Assembly: GCA_030167145.1 (NCBI GenBank)
Contig: CP126532.1
Span: 4,170,001 to 4,202,000 of the forward strand
Origin: Ktedonobacterales bacterium
GTDB taxonomy: Bacteria; Chloroflexota; Ktedonobacteria; Ktedonobacterales; JADMIN01
Direction: 5' to 3'
DNA length: 32,000 nucleotides
The notes below the pieces were generated by a model. It saw only the letters and a program-made list of their open reading frames with translations, was not told where the DNA came from and made no database searches. The position numbers were made by a program, and so were the translations under genes. Positions 25,842-32,000 of this stretch are shown here, piece by piece (the first letter of the stretch is position 1; each line of letters begins with the position of its first letter).

Positions 25842-27005
25842 ATGAGTATCCTACCAACCATTGCGGACAGCGTAAGCACCTTCGATACTATTGGCACGCT
25901 TGCACGTGCCTTCGCCAGCATCATCGCCGGGCTAATCGCGATATTGGGCGTGCCGCTGGCCTTGCGCCAGGTGGTGAATCTCCAGCGTGAACTGCGGCGC
26001 TATGAGACGGAATCGCTGCGCCGCATTGACGCCGAAGCAAACGTCAACATTTCCGCCCGCTATTCGCTCACGCGCCCCAGCCACGACCAGCCGTATTCCA
26101 GCATTGCCGCTCTGCCGGGCCACCGTCCCGCACACGGCGAGGTATCAGAGCAGCCGTCGCCCGCTGCCGAGCCGGGAAAACGGGTCTTGCGGCTGGATCT
26201 GACGCTCGAAAATGTCGGCGAAGGGACGGTGGATGTGCTGGCGTGTCTCGTCGCCGCGCGCGAATTGGAGCGCCAGGGTGAGGGTGTCATCTCCGCCGGG
26301 CGCGACGCGCAGTGGGAGGACCTTACACCGCACTATTGGGATTGCGACCCCGCCACCTGTCTCTCGCCGGGGCTTTCTACCACCAAGCATATCGTCTACG
26401 CGCAAGACGCCCTCGCCCGCATCAAAGCCAAGGGCCATAAGACGCTCGCGCGCATTGACCAGTTGCGTGAGCGCGCCGACGATACCTATCTCCTCTATCG
26501 TATCTGCATCGCCGTGCGCCGCTCGTCGCGCTCCACCGACGAAGTGCAGGCGTGGGCGGCGCTCCAGCGCGCGCTGCTCAACGTCAACGCCCCCGCCTTC
26601 CGCACTGCCGCTGCCGAGGAAGATCCGCTCGGCTACGTTTCCAGCGCCGATGGCTGGCGGCTCTTCTTGCATCACAATGCCGCGCTCGCCGACCCCAAAT
26701 TGTCGCAATTGCGCCGCGAGGCCGACCGCGAAGAGCTGGCGCTGACCGATCCCGCCGCGCGCACCGCCGCTGAGGAGCGCCACGCCACCGAGCTACGCGC
26801 GTACTGCGAGAAAACGCTACTGCCAGGTTGGCGGCGCTTCCGCCGCGACTATGATCGCATGGCCCAGGCAAGCGCGGGCTTCGTGGCGCTGCTGGCCGAC
26901 CGCGGCTTCCGCCAGCAGCAGCGGCGTGTCGAGCGCGTCTTTCCCTGGAACAGCCAGGAAGTCTGGACCGAATACTTCTACGTCACGCTGCAAGACGAAG
27001 CCTGA
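25842..27005 (+). CDS. Hypothetical N-terminally membrane-anchored protein (387 aa), no family recognised
   Basis: Its amino-acid composition looks like a real protein, unlike the Gly/Arg-rich antisense ORF 26145-26783. A hydrophobic helix spans aa ~17-41. It is preceded by a GGGAGAT-GGGAGAT-GGGGAG purine-rich RBS region. Confidence 0.7.
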   Translation: MSILPTIADSVSTFDTIGTLARAFASIIAGLIAILGVPLALRQVVNLQRELRRYETESLRRIDAEANVNISARYSLTRPSHDQPYSSIAALPGHRPAHGEVSEQPSPAAEPGKRVLRLDLTLENVGEGTVDVLACLVAARELERQGEGVISAGRDAQWEDLTPHYWDCDPATCLSPGLSTTKHIVYAQDALARIKAKGHKTLARIDQLRERADDTYLLYRICIAVRRSSRSTDEVQAWAALQRALLNVNAPAFRTAAAEEDPLGYVSSADGWRLFLHHNAALADPKLSQLRREADREELALTDPAARTAAEERHATELRAYCEKTLLPGWRRFRRDYDRMAQASAGFVALLADRGFRQQQRRVERVFPWNSQEVWTEYFYVTLQDEA

Positions 27006-27047
27006 GCCAGCGCATGTGACGGCTACCATCTTCCCCCCTTCTGCCTA

Positions 27048-27077
27048 TTGACATAGAACTAATGTTCTAGTTACACT
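27048..27077 (+). promoter_or_regulatory. Near-consensus sigma70-type promoter of the HicB-like/DinB-like gene
   Basis: -35 TTGACA (27048-27053), 18-nt spacer, -10 TACACT (27072-27077). Confidence 0.55.
27054..27069. promoter_or_regulatory. GAAC-N4-GTTC palindrome (LexA/Cheo-box-like operator candidate)
   Basis: TAGAAC-TAAT-GTTCTA fills the promoter spacer. Its core matches the Gram-positive LexA operator core CGAAC-N4-GTTCG. Confidence 0.45.
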
Positions 27078-27156
27078 GGTAACAGCGGTCTGGCGTGGCA
27101 GTTGAGCCGTAGCCAGAGCCAACACCATCTGTGGGGACACGGGAAGGAGAATCGGC

Positions 27157-27975
27157 ATGAATTCACAGGCGCGCAACGGCCAGGCCACCGTCGTTCGCCG
27201 CATCGCGAGCGGCAGCTACATGATCCTGCCGGGTCGAAGAGGCGCAAGCGTTATGGCAGCTACACAAACCTATGCGCTGTATGTTGAGTCGGGGCCGCGC
27301 CTGCGTACCACGATGGTACATGCGCTCGATCTGCCCGGCTGCATCGCCAAAGGACCTACAACCGAGGTGGCGCTGGCCGGCGCCCCAGACGCCATTCGCG
27401 CGTATCTGCGGTTCCTGCGACGACATGGCGAAGACGTGGAACCGCGTGCGCACTTCACCACGCGCGTCGCCGAGCACATCATGGATGGCGCATGGTTGGG
27501 CGCTGGCGATCCGGCGCTGGTCTTCCAGCCTGACCTGGAGGCCATCTCCGCCGAAGACGTAGAGACCTGCGTGCGGCGGCTCGAAGCCATGCGCGCCGAC
27601 CTGCTGACGCTGGTGTGTGAGTTGCCGCTGCGACAAATGGACGCCGAACCGTCATCTGGACGTTCGGTGCGCGCTATGCTGGAGCATCTGCTCGAATCCG
27701 AATACTTCTATTTTTGCTCCGCATTCGGCACACTCCCAGGGCTTTCGCCGCTGGGGGCAATCGTGCGGCAGGGCCAGGGCGACCTGCTCAACTGGATGGC
27801 GAGTGTGCGCGTGCGCGAAATCGAACACATCCGCGCGCTCACCGCCGCTGAGCGCACCCGCGCCGTCACGCGCTGGCAGCAGACCTGGACCGCCCGCAAG
27901 GGGCTGCGCCGCATGCTAGAGCATGAGTGGGAGCATCTCAACGAACTGAGCAACCGGCTCGGCCAGCCGCTATAA
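27157..27975 (+). CDS. Fusion protein: HicB-like/UPF0150 fold N-terminal domain + DinB-like C-terminal domain
   Basis: A strong RBS AAGGAG (27144-27149) sits 7 nt before the ATG. The N-domain motif is YALYVESG...VHALDLPGCIAKGPTTEVALAGAPDAIRAYL (the DLPGC..G.T.E.A signature of HicB-like antitoxin folds). The C-domain has MLEHLLESEYFY and RRMLEHEWEHLNEL (DinB-type His/Glu helices). Confidence 0.8.
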   Translation: MNSQARNGQATVVRRIASGSYMILPGRRGASVMAATQTYALYVESGPRLRTTMVHALDLPGCIAKGPTTEVALAGAPDAIRAYLRFLRRHGEDVEPRAHFTTRVAEHIMDGAWLGAGDPALVFQPDLEAISAEDVETCVRRLEAMRADLLTLVCELPLRQMDAEPSSGRSVRAMLEHLLESEYFYFCSAFGTLPGLSPLGAIVRQGQGDLLNWMASVRVREIEHIRALTAAERTRAVTRWQQTWTARKGLRRMLEHEWEHLNELSNRLGQPL

Positions 27976-27996
27976 GCCACCTCTCTACCCTCCGCG

Positions 27997-28042
27997 CGCA
28001 AGGTTACGTCAGAAATGGGTGCGCCACCTGCGTAACCTTGCG
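27997..28042 (+). terminator. 12-bp perfect inverted repeat after the fusion gene (terminator or attenuator candidate)
   Basis: CGCAAGGTTACG (27997-28008) and CGTAACCTTGCG (28031-28042) flank a 22-nt loop. The repeat starts 22 nt after the stop codon and has only a weak T-content tail (TGGTGTTG). Confidence 0.4.
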
Positions 28043-28105
28043 TGGTGTTGCGCGTAGTTTCTCATAGCGACACGCTCCCGTCATGCAGGAAGAAGGGCGC
28101 TCCGC

Positions 28106-28432
28106 ATGTCTCCACAATCCAATCCTCAACCTCATTCCGATGATATCAAGCGCGAACTGGAAGCCACCTTCACCGCGCGGCGGGAGCTTGGCCCCGGTTA
28201 TGATGAGCAGTTCATTCAGCGGCTTGTGGAGCAGCTTACGGCGCAGGTGCGGCAGGAAGTCGCCCGTGCCCCCAAGCAGAACGGCATCCCGTCAGACCAG
28301 CGCACCGCCATCGCCATTTGCTCTCTGGTCTTCCTTATCCCACTGATCGCTATCGCCAGCGGAATCGGTGGCTGGGCAGTTCTTCTGATTTGCCTCGTGG
28401 TGCTGGGGGTCAATGTCATTGCTTGGCAGTAG
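28106..28432 (+). CDS. Small membrane protein (soluble helical N-terminus + 2 TM)
   Basis: 108 aa with RBS GGAAGAAGGG. The N-terminal motif is RRELGPGYDEQFIQRLVEQL. I recall similar motifs in small actinobacterial/Terrabacteria membrane proteins of unknown function. There are two C-terminal hydrophobic helices. Confidence 0.7.
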   Translation: MSPQSNPQPHSDDIKRELEATFTARRELGPGYDEQFIQRLVEQLTAQVRQEVARAPKQNGIPSDQRTAIAICSLVFLIPLIAIASGIGGWAVLLICLVVLGVNVIAWQ

Positions 28433-28763
28433 CTCTGCGCGCTGACTGTGTCGCCTATGCGGTGACAGCAGTGGTATTGTGTCTATCTCATCCTCGCTCG
28501 CTGCATCCTCACATCACAATTCTTTCATCAAATTCCACTGATTGCACCGACTGATGTTACAACTTCCAGATGTATCCGTTTGTGATAATTGGAACGGTGT
28601 TTTGTAGGTGTATCCACTCTGAGATCACCTCTATTACCGCAGCGAACAGCCACAAGGAGCGTGGCCGCAACGGGAATGGCCGTGTACAGCAACGATCTGC
28701 CGCGCACGGCCCAGATGACGAGTGGTATAGGGTAATGGCGAGTCATGTAAACTCGCACGTACC

Positions 28764-28787
28764 GGGCAAACACGTGTACGTTTGCCC
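28764..28787. promoter_or_regulatory. Hairpin/palindrome just upstream of the RBS of the secreted-protein gene
   Basis: GGGCAAAC-ACGTGTAC-GTTTGCCC is a perfect 8-bp stem with no U-tract. It lies 12 nt upstream of GAGGAG. Confidence 0.35.
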
Positions 28788-28811
28788 GCATTCTCTCTGT
28801 GAGGAGCAGGT

Positions 28812-29567
28812 ATGCGAAAAATTCTTGCTTTGAGCGCTCTACCCGTAGTCGCGGTGATCGCGTTGCTGGTCGCGTTGGTGGCCCTGCCCGCGCTCGCCGC
28901 GCCGTCGCATGCGACGACACATCGGACGAGCGGTACAGTTCATGGCGCGCAGCCGAGCATGTTCGCCAAGGAGCATCCCCACGGCACGAAAGCCACGGTA
29001 GCGAGCTTCAACAATTTCAAGTTCTCCTGCTCGCAGCCGAATACGCGGCGCATCATCAACGTGACGCAGAAGATCATCAACGATGCTGATTCTGGTCAAG
29101 GCGGCAACTATTGGGCCTTCGACACCGTCACGCGCACCATTCAGGTGTGGAACATCGGCCCCGACACCTATTGCGCCACAGTCATGTATAACGGCTCATT
29201 CCAGGCGATTTCCGGCCAGGAAAGCCCCGGCACGGGTGGCATTCTGACGGGCGATGAGTATGGTTCGATGCACGGTGGCTACGTTTCGACCACCTTCACC
29301 GCGCAACTCAACCTCTCAAATCCGACCGTCTGGCCGGCAAACGGCAAGGTCAATGGCGGCAACCCCACCGACTACCAGTGCGACGTCAACGGTAACTGCC
29401 CTGGCTTCGTAGACTGGTCCAGCATGTACTTCAGCAATATCAGTGGTTTCGATCTCTCCTCATGGGGCTGGATCTATCACGGTCTCGACCACGCCGACAG
29501 CAGCTCGACTGGCACATGGGTCAACGCCAGCAACGGCAATACCGGCGACATCCTCGACCGCGACTAG
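28812..29567 (+). CDS. Secreted hypothetical protein (251 aa)
   Basis: RBS GAGGAG lies 5 nt upstream. The N-terminal signal-like sequence is MRKILALSALPVVAVIALLVALVALPALA-AP. The mature part is Gly/Asn/Thr/Ser-rich with 4 Cys (one pair is CDVNGNC). I recognise no family. Confidence 0.8.
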   Translation: MRKILALSALPVVAVIALLVALVALPALAAPSHATTHRTSGTVHGAQPSMFAKEHPHGTKATVASFNNFKFSCSQPNTRRIINVTQKIINDADSGQGGNYWAFDTVTRTIQVWNIGPDTYCATVMYNGSFQAISGQESPGTGGILTGDEYGSMHGGYVSTTFTAQLNLSNPTVWPANGKVNGGNPTDYQCDVNGNCPGFVDWSSMYFSNISGFDLSSWGWIYHGLDHADSSSTGTWVNASNGNTGDILDRD

Positions 29568-29607
29568 GCGCGACTTGGCAACTGCCACGCCACGCGCAAC
29601 CGACGGC

Positions 29608-29641
29608 GGGCCTCGCTCCAGTGAGAGCGAGGCCCGTTCTC
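29608..29641 (+). terminator. Terminator hairpin after the secreted-protein gene
   Basis: GGGCCTCGCTC (29608-29618) and GAGCGAGGCCC (29625-29635) form a perfect 11-bp stem with a 6-nt loop. It is followed by GTTCTC. Confidence 0.6.
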
Positions 29642-29642
29642 A

Positions 29643-29664
29643 ATGCAATCATCATGCAATCATC
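29643..29664 (+). repeat. Perfect tandem 11-bp direct repeat
   Basis: ATGCAATCATC-ATGCAATCATC lies immediately after the terminator and about 135 nt upstream of the next gene. Confidence 0.9.
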
Positions 29665-29799
29665 GCCGCGCGGCAGGACTGGCGCTCACATCAACAATTT
29701 CATCTTGCGCGTTGGCGGAACTGCTGATAGGATAGGCGCGTGCATAATTGTACGTAACATCTCGGTACGTACCACCCAATGGCAGGGAAGGGGCGGTTT

Positions 29800-31317
29800 A
29801 TGAGTGGGGGAGGAGCAGCGCCGGAGGTGAGCATTCCCTTGCGTGACGGCACGGAGTTGCGCGTCACGCGTGAGCATGTGCTGGCCGGGGAGCGCACCTA
29901 TGCGCTGGAGCGAATTCAGGATGCGCGGCAAGTATCGCCGGACCCAGAGACCATCGCCCTGCGGGTGGCAGGCGCCGGCATGGTAGAGTTCCAGCCCGTG
30001 CGCCCTGGTGACGGCCCACTCGCGCTGGATGCGATCTACCGCTGGCGTCCCGACCTGCGCCCCCCTGGCTTTGAGGCATCGCCGCAGTTGCCAGCGGGCT
30101 TCCCGTCGCCAGTTGTTCCCGCCCCTGGCACATACGCGCCGCCGGGTTATCCGCCATACCCCTCACCCTACGGCTATGGGCCGCTCCAGCCGCCCTATCC
30201 GCCAGGGGCGGGATTCCCTCCACCCCCGCCTCCGCCGGGCTACTACCCCGCGCCAGCGTCGGCATACGCCGCATCGCCGAACGCAAACTCCGGCGAGTTG
30301 ACGCCGTATCCGCGCACCTTTGGTGAGACGCTGGGCGCGATCTTTCAACTCTACTTCAAGCGCTTCGGCGTATGGATGACGCTGGCGCTGATCGTCGCGC
30401 TGCTGCCCGCGCTGCTCGCCAGTGTGGCGCAGTATGCGATGCTGCTTCTTGTGGGTGTGGATCCACAGTCAGCCACGCCGTTTGGTACCGGGCAACTCTC
30501 AACATCAGGTTCCGGAGCTTGCATTCCGCCGCTGCCGTTTCGGCTGGCCGCTGGCGATCAGTTGTGGCTCTACGCCAGCGTCGCAGGAGGCGCGATTGTG
30601 CTCGGCACGATACTCGCCGCATGGCAAACGGCAGCGTTCAGCATTGGCGTACGCGACGGCATTCTTGGCCGGCCCATTGTGATTCGGCGCAGCCTCGGCG
30701 GAGGGCTACGCCGTCTCTTCCCCACTTTGATCGCTTCGCTGATTGTCACGGTCATCACAATGGTGTTGGTCGGCGTGCCACTCATCGTCGAGGGCGTGGC
30801 GGTCGCCCAGCTTACCTCGTCTGGCGCTTGCTCAGGCGGAGCGAACGCGGGCGCTGGCACAAACGCGCTGGCCGCGGCGGATGTCCTTTCGTGCCTCGGC
30901 CTGATCCTGTTCGTACCGTGTGTCATCCTCGCTATCGTCTTCAGTGTTCGCCTGGGGCTGGCGCCGTATACTGCGGCGACGGAGCGGATTGGGCCGTTCA
31001 AGGCGCTGGGCAGAAGTTGGCGCTTGACGCGCAGCCATTTCTGGCGGGTGTTTGGCGTCACCCTCTTGATGGGGCTTACCGTTGGTATCGTCGGCGCGGT
31101 CATCGGAGAGTTCGCGGCAGCAGCGCCCACCATCGTGAGTGTGGCCGTGATCGCTCTCATTGATGCCATCCTGACACCACTCACCGTCATCACCTACACA
31201 GTGCTGCTCTATGATCTACGGCTGCGCAAAGAAGGCTACACCGCCGTGACCCAGGCGGGCCAGCCACAGCCCGTGCCGCCGGAACCGAGTACAACTGCTA
31301 GTCCAGAAAGCATATGA
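29800..31317 (+). CDS. Small N-terminal domain / Pro-Tyr-Gly-rich linker / multi-pass membrane domain protein
   Basis: The ATG at 29800 is preceded by GGGAAGGGG with 6-nt spacing. The track start at 29779 is possible. It has a ~90-aa N-domain, a low-complexity linker (PPGYPPYPSPYGYGPLQPPYPPGAGFPPPPPPPGYYPAP, nt ~30061-30285) and 6-7 hydrophobic helices. The helices resemble the membrane domain seen in DUF975/GDPD-membrane-type proteins, which is a tentative call. Confidence 0.8.
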   Translation: MSGGGAAPEVSIPLRDGTELRVTREHVLAGERTYALERIQDARQVSPDPETIALRVAGAGMVEFQPVRPGDGPLALDAIYRWRPDLRPPGFEASPQLPAGFPSPVVPAPGTYAPPGYPPYPSPYGYGPLQPPYPPGAGFPPPPPPPGYYPAPASAYAASPNANSGELTPYPRTFGETLGAIFQLYFKRFGVWMTLALIVALLPALLASVAQYAMLLLVGVDPQSATPFGTGQLSTSGSGACIPPLPFRLAAGDQLWLYASVAGGAIVLGTILAAWQTAAFSIGVRDGILGRPIVIRRSLGGGLRRLFPTLIASLIVTVITMVLVGVPLIVEGVAVAQLTSSGACSGGANAGAGTNALAAADVLSCLGLILFVPCVILAIVFSVRLGLAPYTAATERIGPFKALGRSWRLTRSHFWRVFGVTLLMGLTVGIVGAVIGEFAAAAPTIVSVAVIALIDAILTPLTVITYTVLLYDLRLRKEGYTAVTQAGQPQPVPPEPSTTASPESI

Positions 31318-31502
31318 ATCATCGCTCATCATAAAGTACAGGAGGTTTACCCAGAGCAGAGTCGCGCGTTATATGTGTGATGCCATTTCGGCATATACTG
31401 TTATCTTGCTATTCTACTCGATTTCTTGGGGACGGAGTTCTGCCCGCGCACCGGCTGAGAGGTGGGACTTCGGAAAGCGCGTAGTTGGGATAGGAAGGGA
31501 GG

Positions 31503-31531
31503 GCATGACGTTCGGGCGCTACGAACGTCAT
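31503..31531. other. Perfect 11-bp-arm inverted repeat overlapping a candidate start codon
   Basis: CATGACGTTCG-GGCGCTA-CGAACGTCATG. The right arm ends in the ATG at 31529. Confidence 0.8.
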
Positions 31532-32000
31532 GGGGGCAATGGCCGAGAAATCCCGCGCACACCGTGCGCCAAATCCACCAACGCTAGACAAACTGCCACT
31601 GGTGCATGCCAGTGAGGACGCCGCGCGCTGGTTGGAGCACTACTGGCACAAACTTCGCTTGCCGCCCGCCGAGGCCTACCGGCTGGCGATGACAGAAGAC
31701 CGTCACGAATTCCATCGGTGGACCGGGCGGCGGCTCAATCCGCTGGCGTTGGGCTGCTACTGCTATCTACCGAACGCCAGCGGCTCTGAGGCCGAGATGA
31801 CCAACGAGGCTGGCTCTGCGAATGCCGTCAGCGCCAGCGCGCTCTTGACCGCGCCCGCCAGCGCGCCGCCACGGATGCAGCCCACGCTGCCCGGCTTCGG
31901 CGAAAGCATCCTGGAGCCTAATGGAGCAGCGCCCCTTTGGTCGCCGCCAGCTCAGACCGAGCCAGCAACCGACTACCGGCACCTGATCTTCGTCGAACCA
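31529..32000 (+). CDS. Hypothetical protein, N-terminal fragment (continues past window end)
   Basis: Absent from the ORF track because it has no stop in the window. The frame opens after the TGA at 31505-31507 and stays open to 32000, with candidate starts at ATG 31529 or 31538. The translation is ...PNPPTLDKLPLVHASEDAARWLEHYWHKLRLPPAEAYRLAMTEDRHEFHRWTGRRLNPLALGCYCYLP..., which looks like real protein. No clear RBS is present. Confidence 0.5.

Noticed and set aside
26145-26783. 212-aa minus-strand ORF inside the 25842-27005 gene
   Set aside because: Its Gly/Arg/Ala-rich composition is typical of antisense frames. The + strand frame has a balanced composition, a TM helix, a promoter and an RBS.
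28528-28920. 130-aa minus-strand ORF, and the 87-aa + ORF 28570-28833
   Set aside because: The upstream part of the minus ORF overlaps, in antisense, the start of the well-supported secreted-protein gene. Neither ORF has an RBS and both lie in a GC-poor, hairpin-rich spacer. A shorter internal 72-aa version is kept only as a low-probability note in the findings.
30372-31193. 263-aa + strand ORF (30372-31163) and 207-aa minus ORF (30570-31193) inside the membrane-protein gene
   Set aside because: These are off-frame or antisense ORFs with Arg/Ala/Gly-rich products. The 29800-31317 frame gives coherent hydrophobic helices.
31440-31500. TPP-riboswitch-like fragments (GGCTGAGAGG and GCGTAG..GGGA)
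   Set aside because: Only the CUGAGA and a degenerate GCGUAGGGA-like element are present. The ACCC pairing partner and the GAACCUGAUC/GGUUAAUACC helix are absent, and the downstream ORF shows no thiamine link.
1-32000. Searched by eye for CRISPR repeats, tRNA/rRNA, IS elements, integrases, phage genes and known defence-system hallmarks (P-loop ATPases, nucleases, RTs, TIR/SIR2)
   Set aside because: None was recognised. Repeats found are limited to two short tandem duplications (15 bp and 11 bp) and local palindromes. A by-eye scan cannot exclude degenerate elements.

Overview
High-GC bacterial chromosomal window with about 31 protein-coding genes on both strands. I recognised no rRNA, tRNA, CRISPR array, transposase or integrase. 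The gene content, the Pro/Thr/Tyr-rich linkers, the zinc-ribbon membrane proteins, the F420-type oxidoreductase and a T-box leader suggest a Terrabacteria lineage, possibly Chloroflexota. That assignment is inference only. Positions 1-23 kb are mostly recognisable genes: a PLD-like lipoprotein cut by the window edge, an HDAC-family deacetylase, two paralogous M20 dipeptidases, proS behind a proline T-box riboswitch, a Dabb protein and a Leu/Glu-type amino-acid dehydrogenase. This part also holds a TetR operon with a perfect 31-bp operator palindrome, a DinB-family protein, GT20 trehalose-6-P synthase, an OmpR-type two-component pair, YjbQ, a YVTN beta-propeller lipoprotein, a deazaflavin-dependent nitroreductase-family protein and YceI. 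Positions 23-32 kb are dominated by envelope or secreted proteins I cannot assign to characterised families. They include a lipoprotein built of three ~110-aa Cys-pair repeats and a same-strand run of six ORFs from 25.8 kb to the window end. One of those six is a HicB-like/DinB-like fusion whose near-consensus promoter contains a GAAC-N4-GTTC (LexA/Cheo-type) palindrome. That run is my best candidate for something undescribed, but it is only a candidate because I saw no catalytic or defence-system signature. The supplied ORF track misses two edge-truncated genes (1-1024 minus, 31529-32000 plus). It over-extends several starts, notably proS by 63 codons across the riboswitch, and it lists many long antisense or off-frame ORFs that are GC artefacts. 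All coordinates of small motifs were counted by hand and could be off by 1-2 nt.
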